A DNA stretch of 63,439 nucleotides, counting the filler, from Atractiella rhizophila (lineage: Eukaryota), in assembly GCA_021432655.1 (NCBI GenBank). It is 3 parts of 3 records of this genome, joined end to end, with 100 filler letters (N's around TTAATTAATTAA, not from the genome) between each part and the next. Parts side by side here need not be neighbours in the genome. Positions count along the whole stretch, not along the records: positions 25,641 to 51,115 come from MU271770.1; 2 more parts are not named here. One strand, 5' to 3'. Numbering within the stretch: the first letter of the stretch is position 1; each line of letters begins with the position of its first letter. Made by a program: the position numbers and the translations under genes. Positions 37,592 through 50,351 of this stretch are shown piece after piece. The notes under the pieces are model-generated. The model made no database searches. It was not told where the DNA came from and was given only the letters and a program-made list of their open reading frames with translations.

Positions 37592-39460
37592 ATGGCTGGG
37601 AAATTCAGGGAGGTTCCTGTGGAGGAAATTTTGAACATGCTACCGAAACGGCGTTTCAAGCGCGAGAGGCTTAACATTCCGAAAGCTATAACTGGCGACC
37701 AGGAGAAGGCCCAATACGGTCCCCTCGTGAGTCCTCGCGAATTTGTAGAAGGAGGCCGACGTTGAGAATGAGAGCAGGTAGACGGTCTTCAATCTTTCCT
37801 AGCGCCAGGCTGGGAGCTTGTGAATACGTCGGTCAATGCCGACCACAAGATAGAGAAGATTTACCAGCAGACGGCAGTCAAGCCTGATCTTTCTCTCTAT
37901 GCTGAGACAGGCTTTACTGCCTGTAATATGAAGAAGCTAGAACTTTTCGGAGAGGTGAAGCCAGGTTCCGCCAGCCCACCTTTTGACTCAAGAGATAGTC
38001 ATAAATTCGAAACCCAGACGGATGATGCGAAGGATACTCGAGGGCAGGTGACTCTCTACCACACTGCTGTTCAAGTCATGCAACCACGAACTCGCGTCTT
38101 TTCGTTCTACGTTCAGTCCACCTCGGCTCGTCTACTATGTCATTCACGAGCTGGAACTGAAGTATCGCATGCCTTTGACATCAATGGCCCGGAAAATTAC
38201 CTTGGCGAATTTCTCTGGCGCTTCAGCCACGCCCCAAAGTCTAACAGGGGACACGACACCTCGGTTCAGCCTGTAAAGCGAAAGACGGCTGCTGCGACCG
38301 CGAGGAAAGCTCTGGGATTAGAGGAGGAGGCTGATCTCTTTCAGGTCATTGTGGATACCGAAAAATTTATCTTTGCACAGCCTTTCACAAGTAGTCATCG
38401 TTGGCCCGTCGGTCGCGGTACTCGTTGCTATCATGCTTACTGGGTCGAAGAGAAGAAGGTCGTTCTCCTAAAGGACACTTGGAGGAAGGAGGAATATGGG
38501 AAGGAGGGGGATGTCTATGAAATTTTGAGATTGAAACAAGTAAGGAACATTGCAACCGTCATCTGTCACGGGGACGTGGATGACCAGAATCGTTTCCAAT
38601 TTGCGGAAGGGGAGGGTGGTCGAAAGCTGAGACACTATCGGATAGTATTAGAAGAGGTGGGAGAGCCCTTGAATCGGTTTAAGTCGACATGGGAATTGGT
38701 GAAAGTGATGTCTGATGCTTTCACTGGTATGTTTCTGGTTGCCGGATTATATAGACTAATGTTGATGAACTATAGCTCATCGCGACGCGTTCGAGAAAGC
38801 GGAGATTCTTCATCGAGACGTCTCCTTTGGAAACATACTCCTCATCCGGTCTGGCGACGAGGCTCGTGGACTGCTTATCGATTGGGAATTCTCAAAGGTC
38901 AAAGATCGCGTTGACGCACGGGCCCCGGAGAGAACTGTGCGTTCCTTTTAGCTGAGTGAGGACAAATGCTTACGATGGTTTAGGGCACATTCCAATTCCT
39001 GTCTCTCAGACTGCTGAAGGACCATCGTTCTACGCACCTTGCCAGCGACGACATCCAATCATTCCTTCACGTCCTCGTATGGGCAATCCTCCGGCACGTA
39101 CCTACCGCTCTAACAAAGGGCGAACGTGCCAGTCGGCTCAAATCTTTTGATCCCAAGGATACCCTCATGGACACGTACACAGCCAAATTCGATACATTCA
39201 GAGGCGACTTATCGCGAACCCTACGTGTAACCACCGCACCATTCAGGGAGCTCCTATTCGCGTTGTTGTCGACTCTCAGTCACGCCATCAACCATGAACA
39301 TTTTTTAAACGACAATCATATGCCAGAGCGGCAGGAGGAGAGGGACGCGTGGGAGATGATGACGACTCATGACTTTGTGGCTAATGCAATGGAAGAGTCG
39401 TTGAGAAACCTGGAGTGGAAGGAAATGGAGGACTCAGCAGTGAAGTATGTAGACGATTGA
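37592..39460 (+). CDS. Fungal-specific protein kinase (FunK1 / Pkinase_fungal)
   Basis: [83 protein letters not shown] across three introns; start uncertain. Confidence 0.9.
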
Positions 39461-40150
39461 GAATGGTTTGCTTTGATCAAAGTTCAATGTTCAAAATGTA
39501 GATATTCGAGTGAGATGGTTTCTTATTAAAATTAGCATTAGATGACCATTTGGCGGTTCATGCATCATGCGTGTTCGAGCTGAGAATAAGGACCGCTCAG
39601 CACAATTCACATTTCGAAAGCTGATCTGAGCTGAAGCAACTCCTGGATCCTTGGATCCTGCTACCAACCTTGACCCACTCTGTACCGTCTACCGGATTGA
39701 TGCACACATATGGCCCTTCACTAGGGTTATGAGCCTAACGGGGGTGGGAAGCTATAAAAGTGCATGTAAGTCGCCAGCATCACAACGAGTGGAAATTCAT
39801 TATCTCCTATCAAAAAGTACAATCTGCTCGCCCACAGGCTGGTGGAACATGATAAGCAGTGATGACCTGAGAGATCCTGCACATAGGAACAGGCAAGGAG
39901 CTCATGGGGGCTTTTCCCCAAGATTGACAAGATGCCTACCATTATTATTATTACTTCGTGACGCTGTGTTTCCAGAAGTGAGGAACAAACGCCGGACAAC
40001 CTGGTCTTTGAAAGAGTTCCGACGGTGGTGGAAGAAGTCCTCAACCGCCACCTTAGCATTTGCGTTAGCCTAAGCAGCGCTCAGTCCCTTAAGGCCTGAG
40101 CACACCTCTCCTTCACCAAAATCTTTGATTCTCCCTACCCACCAGAAAGA

Positions 40151-40879
40151 ATGGCCGATCCTGGAACCCCTTGTCTTAGAGAAACGCGAACTGGCAGCCT
40201 TCAGCCCCCCTTGACCCGTTCCCGTACATCCAATTCCGTCAGCTCTGGGGTCAATGCCACCATCTTCTACTCCCTCCTCTCGAAAGCCCTCAACCTTCAA
40301 AACATCAACTTGAACCACAAGCCAATGGAGGAGGCATACAGCTCCAACTTAGCTGAATTCTTGATGAACTGGTCCTGGTTCATGCCGTCTTCAAAGTGGG
40401 TTCCCAGGAGCCTACCACCCATTGCCCGACCCACGTTCCAAACTCCTGCGGCCGTTTCCTCCCAGTCCACCTCGCTTCAACCTCCCCCACCGTTCCGAAA
40501 TCCCCCAGCCGAGACAAGAAGCAACCCCCTGTTCATCATCAAAGGTGGCTCCCCCGAAGGTTCTGTCGTAACAGAAGGCCTCGAAGCAGAAAGGGTCCTC
40601 CTGGACAAGGGGAAGCGCCGTGAACAAGCGGCAGAGCCCGTCCCCCCATGTCGTAGGAACTCAGTCTCCCGCCTACCGGAAATGGAGGACTTGGAAGGGG
40701 GTGTTTCGTCGAGTAACCAGTTCGCGGAAGCATTAGTCGAAACCTTCTGTCACGACCTCTCTCAACCAATTCGAATCATGACTTCGGGAATGGAATGTGT
40801 CCCAAAGGTGGCTCTGGAACATCCTCTGGCTTGTGAAAGCAAGTTGCATGAAGGAAACAGACACAGTCTCCAGGAATAA
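40151..40879 (+). CDS. Hypothetical P/S-rich ORF within the repeat island
   Basis: 242-aa ATG-initiated ORF, no recognisable domain. Confidence 0.3.
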   Translation: MADPGTPCLRETRTGSLQPPLTRSRTSNSVSSGVNATIFYSLLSKALNLQNINLNHKPMEEAYSSNLAEFLMNWSWFMPSSKWVPRSLPPIARPTFQTPAAVSSQSTSLQPPPPFRNPPAETRSNPLFIIKGGSPEGSVVTEGLEAERVLLDKGKRREQAAEPVPPCRRNSVSRLPEMEDLEGGVSSSNQFAEALVETFCHDLSQPIRIMTSGMECVPKVALEHPLACESKLHEGNRHSLQE

Positions 40880-41367
40880 GCGCCTTCGATTCCTGGGTTG
40901 AGGCTTGTCACCGGGCAGAAAGATGAGTAGGAGAGTTGCAGAGGGAAGTGGACAAGCTCAAGATGGAAAAAGATGACCTCGAGGAGGAGATGAGAGCAGT
41001 AACGGACGAAGGAAACAACCTGCATAACCAGCTCGTCAGCTTCAGGGTCCCTACCGATGGCCGTCCACCTCCGCACAATCGCCCTTTCCCCCCCTAACCC
41101 GCCCCCCTCCGATCGAATCCTCCGGTCTTGCTCCCCAACCCCAGCACCTCCATCAGAACTTTAAACCTCAATCTACCCATCCCCAGAAGCGACCATAGGA
41201 GGAAGATGGAGAGGCGGAGCTCATTCAGCTGGCCAAGGACAGGAGCGCAGTGTTAGGGCTGGTGTAGAGGGGGTCACTGCAGGGCAATTTTGTTGAAAAC
41301 ATCCCCAGTCGATAGGTTATCGACACTGGTGTAGAGGGGGTGTGGAAAGTGCAATTTCGCTCAAAAA

Positions 41368-41480
41368 CAGTGAGAGCCTCGCAACTGGGCTGACGGGACT
41401 CACCCTGGCCCTGACCCTAACTCCGTTCCCCAGCCAAATTTGACTGACGGAACAGTTCCGTCACGAAGGAATAGTAGTAG
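41368..41480 (+). mobile_element. Transposon-like terminal module, copy 3
   Basis: Matches copies 1 and 2 including hairpin TGACGGAAC-A-GTTCCGTCA and GGAATAGTAGTAG end. Confidence 0.6.
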
Positions 41481-41723
41481 GATTCAGCCTGGATCTCATT
41501 CCTGAAAGAGCCAGGGTTGAACCCTAAAGTACCCTTAGTAGTATTGTCTCAGTTTGGATATGTCTAGCAAACTGACTCCACAAGTCACCTCGCTTGTTTA
41601 TTAGCGTCCGCGGGTATTTCTTCATCACTGAGAGTGATGTAGATTGTGGAGTGTTACATGTCACCTCGAACTTGGCATTGGAATCAGACTGTGCCTTTTC
41701 CACTAATCCTTCCCCTCCCTAGC

Positions 41724-43370
41724 CTACCAAACACCACCCTCCCTCCCATCCAGTGTGTACTCTCCTATCATCCTCCTTGCGGAGACGATTTCCTCCTCGC
41801 TCCACTCTCCAAAGAATAAACGAACCTCAAGACGTCTCCCCATTGGCACGGGTTTCATCTGCATACAAGCTCCTCTCACCTTCCAATCCCCGAAGAACCA
41901 GTGGATAAATTCTGGAAATTCGGGCGAAACCACTACGCAGTACTCGAGTGATATAAAACGTATCATCGTTACATTTTTTAGGGTGCTGAAGAACCAAGGG
42001 GAAACGAGGTTCGACGTTTCTTCGCCGCCGTCGAGGTCCATCTGGATGAGGTGTGTGAGGTGCGAAAAGTCTAGCGGAGTATGTAGGATGGAAGTGTTTC
42101 CATCAGTGGAGAAGGGGACAAGCTCGATTTTTAGCCTTTCCAGAAGAGGCGGCAGAGGGTATTCTGAGATGCAGGAAGGGAGGGGACATACGTTAGAGAG
42201 ATGCAGGTAGCGGAGAGTTTGTGGGAGGATCAGTGATGGGAGAGGTGGGTACTTTTGAAGGATCAGGGTTTCAAGGCAAGAGGATAAGTGAAGACCTGCT
42301 GATACCGAAGAAACGGAGTCCTCTACATTGTAGGCTGCGAACTTTTTGATCCCGTCATGCATAAAGTTCTCGATCTCCTCCCTCCTCCACTTTCTTAAAT
42401 CCACATCTGTAAAGGATATGTCATCCAGCCGTTTCAAGCCTTCGATCGCATTCAACACAATCCTTGCCTTCTCTTCATCCGAAAATGCATCCATTCGCAC
42501 TTCCGTGACATTCGGCGAGCCCGTGATGACGTCGTTCACCATCTCAACACAGATATCGTCATCAAAAAGCAGCCTTTTCCACAGCCGTCCGGCACCAGGA
42601 CTAAGCTTCAAGCGAGCGTACCCTTCGGTCGCACAAATAACTTCATCCCAGTAAGAAACTGAATGAACCTTCCAGAGTCGGCAGACAAAGGAGAGGGTGC
42701 GAGCGGAGGCAGTTCCAACAAAACCGAATATGAGAGTGAGGAGTTCAACAGGCAGGCATGAGATTGAAGGTGGAGTAGTGCCTGAAGGTGGGGAGACTGA
42801 GAGTTGTACAATGTTCACCTCGTAGTCTGGGCGGAATGGGAGATATGGCCTTTCATCAGGGATGAAGCGACCTTCCCCTGAAGAGTATACCGCTATGGGC
42901 GCAAAGATGGCACATCCTGGACGTAGAAGAAACGTGCGAGGATAACGATATCCAAATAATCGATCAAATGAGTTGACATCTCCTTGGAGATCTACTTTGA
43001 GATCATTTTCGGCAGCGGACGCAGTAAAGGTCACATGGACATATTCGGGATTGATGGTGATACAAAGATTGATTACACCTTCGACGTCGACAGCATTTTC
43101 AAAACAATCGAGTGATAGATTTGACAATTTCGAGGACATTTTGCTAGGCTTCCAATCTCTCGTCAATTGACGAGATAAGAGAACAGAGACCCGGAGGGTG
43201 CGAATGGATGGCGGTAAGTGAGAAAAGAAAGAGGGAAGAATAGAGACGTAGATCGATGTGTTGGCATATGGGAATGGGGTGACGAAATTGACCAGTGCTC
43301 TCAAGTTTGGTTCCTGAAACTCGTGGCATATGCTCGATGTTTGTTGCTCCGTCATCTCTTGAGAAGGCAC
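41724..43370 (-). CDS. F-box protein with LRR-like C-terminal region (single long exon; start uncertain)
   Basis: Internal F-box ISCLPVELLTLIFGFV..LSFVCRLWK followed by LxxLxL repeats (LETLIL, LRYLHL, LERLKI). Confidence 0.75.
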   Translation of the reverse strand: MPSQEMTEQQTSSICHEFQEPNLRALVNFVTPFPYANTSIYVSILPSFFSHLPPSIRTLRVSVLLSRQLTRDWKPSKMSSKLSNLSLDCFENAVDVEGVINLCITINPEYVHVTFTASAAENDLKVDLQGDVNSFDRLFGYRYPRTFLLRPGCAIFAPIAVYSSGEGRFIPDERPYLPFRPDYEVNIVQLSVSPPSGTTPPSISCLPVELLTLIFGFVGTASARTLSFVCRLWKVHSVSYWDEVICATEGYARLKLSPGAGRLWKRLLFDDDICVEMVNDVITGSPNVTEVRMDAFSDEEKARIVLNAIEGLKRLDDISFTDVDLRKWRREEIENFMHDGIKKFAAYNVEDSVSSVSAGLHLSSCLETLILQKYPPLPSLILPQTLRYLHLSNVCPLPSCISEYPLPPLLERLKIELVPFSTDGNTSILHTPLDFSHLTHLIQMDLDGGEETSNLVSPWFFSTLKNVTMIRFISLEYCVVVSPEFPEFIHWFFGDWKVRGACMQMKPVPMGRRLEVRLFFGEWSEEEIVSARRMIGEYTLDGREGGVW

Positions 43371-43638
43371 AGCAGACTAGAACCCATAACCGACGTTAGA
43401 TGAAAGAAAGTCAAAAGGAGATGAAATCATGCTCGAGTAGTCTCATCATCAGTTGGCGCTATCCTCCTAACCCTTCTCAGCCTGACACGATGGAAACTAA
43501 GGCACAGCAGACTAGAACCCATAACCGACGTTAGATGAAAAGAAAGTCAAAGGGAGATGAAATCATGCTCGAGTAGTCTCATCATCAGTCGGCGCAATCC
43601 TTCTCCTAACCTTCTCAGCCTGACACGATCGAAACTAA
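43364..43638. repeat. ~135-bp tandem duplication at the 5' end of the F-box gene
   Basis: AAGGCACAGCAGACTAGAACCCATAACCG at 43364 and 43499. Confidence 0.9.
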
Positions 43639-45412
43639 GCAAACCAAGATTGTCGAGAAAGTTGAACCAAGGCCCGTCAGACTACCGAGATGACCAGAAA
43701 CGTTTCGTGGGAGAATCAAGGGAATGGCGAGATCGCTGGATCTTTTGGTTGCTGGGATAAACGTTCTATGCCTTTTATGATGCGGAAAACTCGGACGTCG
43801 AGGAGGACGACAAAGGTTGTCACAGTGCAGGCAAAGAATTAACAACCCTCTGTGAATGAATGAAGAAGCGCAAGCGGAGGATGTGGGGAACAGACGCGGA
43901 TCTGGCTGTCTGCAGCTAGTTGGAATCAGTGAGTGATATTTCAAAGGAAGGGGTCCGTACCTACAGGGTTCCCACGCTCCAAAAAAAAAATAGCCACCTC
44001 GGTCAAAAATTGTTCGTGGAGGGCAGGAACGCGATGATGACAGCCGCTCCCGTTCCCCTGACAGATAGATGTGCCCCTTGCGGATGACAAAAGGGTCAGA
44101 TGACGGAGTTGAGAGACTCAGAGTCGTTCGTCAGGCTAGAAATACGGAGGGAATGTCAATTTGGGCTTTGGTCTTGAGAGAAGTGTGTCCGCGAGATATT
44201 GGAACCTAAATCACTCACCCATGACATCCAGCAGAAGGCTCTCCGACTCCGCCCCCTTTCTCCCGTCCCGTTTCCCGTCAGCCGCTCTACCAATCGCCAT
44301 TTCTCCAGTTGTATCTCCCATCGCTTCCGTCGTGCTCCGCCACTCACCGTCTTGCATTCGCGACCCAAGTATAAGCTGAGATGGAGACTCCAATTCGTCA
44401 CTCTCCTTCCCACACTTCCCACTTCCCTCTCTTAAGCGGGTGAGCCAGAAGAGGGCAAATGGCACTCCTATTGCGGCCGCAGAGGGCGATAGAGAGGAAG
44501 AGGTCGTCGTTCGATCGAGCCTCTTCATTCTTTCTCGTTTCAGGCCAGGGAGCCACGTGGTCTTTCAAAGGGAACAAGGTATATCTTCTCCACTGACAGT
44601 GTGCGAGGCCATTGCAAAGTACTAAACGCAGCGTGGCAGGGGATTGCTGCGTTTTGATGGGATTTTCGGTGCATGGGACTGAGTTGTGTGTGCTTATGCA
44701 TATCGATAAGTGAGTAACGCTTGAACCCTTCAGTGGTATCAGAAACCGTAAGACGTACCTCTGTTCGAATCGCCCTCGGATGGTCAGCTTGCCGAGAGTC
44801 TGAGTCCTGCAGCCATCATCAATCTCTACTTGTCTAACCAATGGAACGTGTACGACCCGTGGTTTCGTCTTTTGATACTCTCACGTCACCAGAGACGTAA
44901 AATTCTGCAGGAACGCTGCCTTGCTTAAATAAGGCGCTGGTCGTCCCCCTTTGGATAACTGGCACAGCTTTGACAACGCCACACGTCCTGCTTCGTGCTT
45001 TATATATAAGGATGTGGGAGTGCCCTCGTTTATGTTCGGGATTCGCTCTCGCTCGAGTAGGAAATAACATCTAAACATTTCATTTCTAGTACGTTTACGC
45101 CAACCCGTACGACCTCTTCTTTATCATTTACATGTCCCAAATTCAAGCTTTCTTTGTGTGAGGATTACGAGGTGGGAGCATCTGCGGAACGAACGGAATG
45201 ACGGAACGGCGGATGGAGTGGATACGAGTGATGCGGGACATGAGGAATTGGCAAACGAAAAGGTAAGTTCCCTTGTAAGCAAAAAGAACGTAATTCTGTA
45301 TAAAGCTAAGAGCACACTGGAACAGCCGAGGCAAAAGTGTGGCAACGCCACGAAAGAAAAGGAATGGAGGTTGGAAATAGAACCCTAACTATCACGCATT
45401 GTCCATCGCGAC

Positions 45413-47887
45413 TTAATTACCAGCCCAAATACCCCAAGGTCCATTGGTCAGGGTACCATCCCATAGCAATCCTTGTCTCGTGTCTGCAGGTCTGTGAGGC
45501 CAGGCGTTGATCAATCCATCCAAAAGTTCCACATTCGAAAAATGAACCGTGGAATTAGCTCCTCCATTTTGGACTAGGAATCCGACGCCTTTGGAAGCGA
45601 GTAACCAAGGATAAGCACGCGTCGTAATTACTGTAACGTCGTTTGCATACACTTCCACGACGGAATTGTCGACGACGATGGTAAGATTGAGACTCTGTTG
45701 GACAGTCGTACCGCCCGAAGCGATATTCCAGAGTCGCAGCTTTCCGTACTCCGTCTCGTTTCCATCTGTTATCAACGAGTAATTTTATGAGCAACAAGAA
45801 CGGTCATCGTGAAAAAAAATTGGATACGTACAACTTCTGACCAGAGTACTATGGCTTCTATTGATGACGAGCGTCTCGTTTTTTGGATCGTAATAAATAT
45901 CCGTATATTCTTGATCACTGGCCAGTACCCTGAATCCAGCCTGAGCCAGGGAAGACGTATCGCCTTGGAACTGTAGAGTCGCATTGATCGCATAGTGCCG
46001 ACCACTTGGTTGAGTTCGGAAGGGAACATAACCAGCCGTTCCAATAAGAGCGACAGCAGGTGGACGAGAGATTGTCGAGGAGGAACGATATGCCTGAATT
46101 GTCTCAGGAATGATACGTTGCCCCACCTATTAAGAAGAAAAATGAGAACGATATGACCACGATCATGCAATAGCGCACCGTGACCACAGAAGTAGTGCCA
46201 TCCTTCTCATTCCAAACCTTCCAATTGCCGGGGCCATGCAAACCAGGAGTATTGGGGTCAACGTTATGTATCACTTTGAGGAAAAGGTCTCGGAAGAGAG
46301 TAAAGGCTCCTTGATATCCTCTCTGTGCGGTCAGAACCAGATCCTCGTCGTCCTCCTGTATACGATTCTTATGTCAGCAATTATCCCATAATTGAATAAA
46401 CTGCCTACATAAGTCCATCCTACCAGTACGGAGCGGTTTCCAGACACGGGGAAGAAGATGGAGGCATATACTCGTCCCCAATCGACGACACCAACAGCAT
46501 CTAGTGTTGAACTGATACCATCTCCTTCATTGTGAAATGTAGCAGCGGCCCCTCAAGAGAAGCTTCAGATAGCACGAGCAACGCTAAACAGGTACTCACA
46601 AAGTGGCCAATGATTCTCGTGGCTTCCATTCCTTCCTTGCTCTGTGCCCATTCCAATAATATTCAACGCCCTAGAGTCACTCCCATCGTCATACGCCATC
46701 CCATTTTCATTCAAACGCGTGATGCCACTCGTCTCGAAATTGATCCCAAAGTTCCCACTCCATTCGGAAAAGCTGGAGAGACCGGGTTGAGATACAATGG
46801 GTCCAAGATACTTCCAGCTGAGGAAATCATGGTCCGCCGCTTGACGATACAGGAGCAGTCGTGGTCCGCTGCTGGATTGGCCAGAGTTTGCGCGAATGCC
46901 ACCGGAGATGGTGAGAAAATTGGAGCCGGTGACATCATTTGATACTCCCTGAAGCATCTTTGACAGAATGGCAGACTGGAACGCGTATGGGTCGCGGAAT
47001 CCAGTCATGTTTTTCAGTGGCCATTCATCTAGGAGTTGTTAGCAGGAGCAAAAGAAAATAAGAGATCACAAACAGATGACTGGGTTTCCGCCCGTACCAA
47101 ATTTTAGTTTGATCCAGCTCGCTCCCCCGTCCTTTGTGTACGCCAAGCTTTGCGTTTCTGTGCCTTCCTGCTCAGGTGGAGAACTGGTGGCGCCGAGTGG
47201 GCCGGGGAATACAGAGGTGTAGATCGTAGTTGGGTAACCGTTCCATCCGTGTTGAATGATTGAGCCGTCGAATACACCCCGAATATCGTAAATTTCCGAA
47301 GGATACTGATGAAAAATCGGTTCAACAAGAATCAAGGTACGAACTGCAATCTTACAAGTGTCTTTGGATTCTCCCATCGGTTAGCTATACAATATCCGAT
47401 CATGAGTTGGTCTCGGAAGGCTGCTAACACATACCATCTCGCCAATAGGTCAGATCGTTTGAGAATGCCGAGCACTGCGATATATTGCCCCATTGGTAGT
47501 GCTAAAAAGAAATTTAGACTCGGAAATATAATGTAAAACTGACATACTTGAGGGTGGCATTGATACCCAGCGTGGAAAGAACCATCGCTCCTCTGAAAGA
47601 GTCCTATAAACAAATCAGTGGTTGTTGGAGCGGATACAAGTTCGATCCTCACCTTGCGGGTCATTCATCCATCCTTCAGGCGCGATCAATCTGGCCTGCG
47701 GCCTCCAGACAAAGAATAAAGTCGAATTGCCACATTGCGTCAAATCGCCAGGAGCAGCATTTTGATTGGCAACGCACGTGCTCGACGGGTACTGATGTTT
47801 TTCAGTCCCATGGAGAGGTGACGAGAAGCTGGCCGCGACTAAGGTCGAGGCGATAGCGAAGTTCGGATTGAACTTGAAGAAGTGCAT
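45413..47887 (-). CDS. Secreted glycoside hydrolase family 32 (invertase / beta-fructofuranosidase)
   Basis: Signal-like N-terminus; APEGWMNDP, GVFDGS, GFRDPY, GINFET catalytic motifs; C-terminal VVDNSVVEVYAN beta-sandwich. Confidence 0.93.
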
Positions 47888-50351
47888 TGCGTGAATGGGG
47901 ATCTTGGGACTTGATCGTGTTCATGTACATATATACATATATACTCGGGAAGCACGAATCGTTTTCGTTTATGAACTTCGGCTTACCCGCCCCACTTTCT
48001 TCGAAGGACCATGCTGTCCCCAGCCACTCGTTAATTTCTCGTCACAGAATTCCCGTGCTATACGACTACGTTACCAGACAAAATCGATCTCTAATTATTA
48101 TATTTGATCAGCAACTTTTGAGATCAAAATTCGATTCTATTTCAGGAGACATATCTCGCTTCTGTCCTTGGAAAAAGTATTTTGCTTCATTTCATTTTAC
48201 AGTTCATACCCTCACTCTTCCACATGCTTCCGCGCACTTCCAGATTACCTTGGACAACAAGATATCATATGCATGTGGATTGGACCTGGTGCACGTTGCA
48301 TACAGGCACCTTTGTTAAGGATTACCTGTGCAGGGGGCTGGGGAATGTAATCCCAATCTTTGAGATCTTTGCACCACCTCAGAATTCCGCGGGATTTTTC
48401 ATTTAATCGCGGAAAAGTTTGGCAAAGTCGCCCCCAGAGGTTTGCGCAAGCGGCCGGAGGTTACAATCGAAAATGGTTTTGCGCTTCAATTTTGAGAAAA
48501 TTTGCAGCCAAAAAGCAGGTCAGCTTTATCGCCGACCATCCCCTGGAAAAAAGCGATGGTGCGGGATAGTGTTCCACTGGTGGTTGTGTTGCTCCGATAG
48601 GGTGGGGTTAGGGTTTGGTGTTTGCCTGGTGGTAGGATAGTGTTGAGGGAAATGACGAGTCGAAATCGAAATCTTGAATATTGAATTGAAAACCGAACCG
48701 AACATAAAAAGCTGTTGGTAAAAGCAAAAATAAGTCCGGCCCGTGGCCGGATCATGAGTCACTGTTCGAAAGGTCTGAAAATTATCTCCCACCACCAAGG
48801 TACGTCAGAGGTCCACCCCCCCTACCACCATGCCCAAAACGACAAAGTTGACAATTCGTTCCTCAAGTTCACGATCGACGCGTCAAACTCCTCCCACAGA
48901 CTCAGATACCTCTGTAGACTAAATTGGGATGGCAGCGACATTCGAAACACGCTCTTTTCCATGTTTCACATTCTTAGGGTCTCATCCACACGACTTTGTG
49001 CACGCGTCAATTTCGTCGAAACGCGTTATTTTGATACCAAATTCTGATATGATTCTCTCTGAGTGGCTATACACGGGATAGGATGGGTCTGAATCGACGT
49101 GACGGTCATCCTAAGTCAAAAAGTTAGTTTGTTTTTCTTTCAGGATGATCGGCCTTTAGAGGGGGATGCTACTAGGGAATCGATAGCACAGTGGCTCGTC
49201 TTGCTGCCTGTAGAGGTACGTAGCCGCTCCTTAGCCAGTTAGACGCGTTCTAATCCCATTTGTTGCCTCTGTCAACGCGCGATTTGCCCCGTCGTAGCTT
49301 ATCGGAATGAGTCGACGCGTCGTGACTTGTGAGTGTTTCCTTCCCTCTTTACATGCTCACAACTGATCTCCTTCTGCTGGGGCCATGCAAGGTACGTGGT
49401 TTCCCCGGCTTTCTAGGGTGTTTTCTCTTCTCCCTTTTCAGTGTGTAGAGCTAACAGTTTGTTTGGGTTCTTAGGTCGCCGTCTTTCCTCATCTCCAGCA
49501 CTCAAGCGCTCGACTGGTTGCTCCCTTTTGCCTTCATCCGTCTTATAGGAGCTGCATCGCATGGAACTCCAGAAAGGAGGATCTATTAGAGGCCCAGTCT
49601 CGCCGGTTGTTGACCCTCCCGCCTTTCCTCTCTTCCCTCTCCCACCTCTCCTGTCGGCCGCCTCACGACGCGACACGATCGTCCTCGTTATCCTACACCT
49701 TCTGCAAGTTCGCTATACTGAAATCCAGCTTTTACCCGGCAAGACGTGCTTCAAGCCATCGATAGGAGCCTTCAAAGCGACTCGTCTATTCGACTTTTGC
49801 CAAGTTTGGTGTGGGTGACGGGAGGATTGGAAGCAGTGGAACCTGGAGAAGAGCTTGGGTTGTCCTTACCAATAACGAGCGGAGGGAGAGGAATGGGGAG
49901 GCAGTAAGATATAAGAATATGCAGTAATATGATTACTTTCAAAATAATAACACTATTTGACCCAAAAGCAAACCCTACCTGAAGAAAACTCCAACCTAGA
50001 GAACGCTAAATGGACGAAAGCGGAACGAAACAAGAACACCATAAATACCCTATCCAAAGACCATTGAACGAAATAGAGAACACTATCCTAACACTACTTT
50101 ACCACTATCCAACGTCATTAATGACCTCAAGTAGCGCCGATTTGATGTTGTTGGATGGTGTTCGAGTGGTGTTATTTTGGCCAAGATTTAAGCCACTTGA
50201 GCACCGACCCCCTAAGTCAACACCACGCGACCGCCAACTAAAGGAAGTGCGTTATTCCAGGGGACCATCTCCGACCCCTTGGGCGACGGGGTCTGCTGGG
50301 AATCTTACCTGTGGAGAACAGCCCAACGCGGTTTTGTTCCTTTGTCGCACC

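Noticed and set aside
44156..45388. Short ORFs between the F-box and GH32 genes
   Set aside because: No domain signal, and the frames conflict.
48331..48545. hAT-like MITE bounded by CAGGGG..CCCCTG
   Set aside because: Only 6 bp of inverted identity and no 8-bp target-site duplication.
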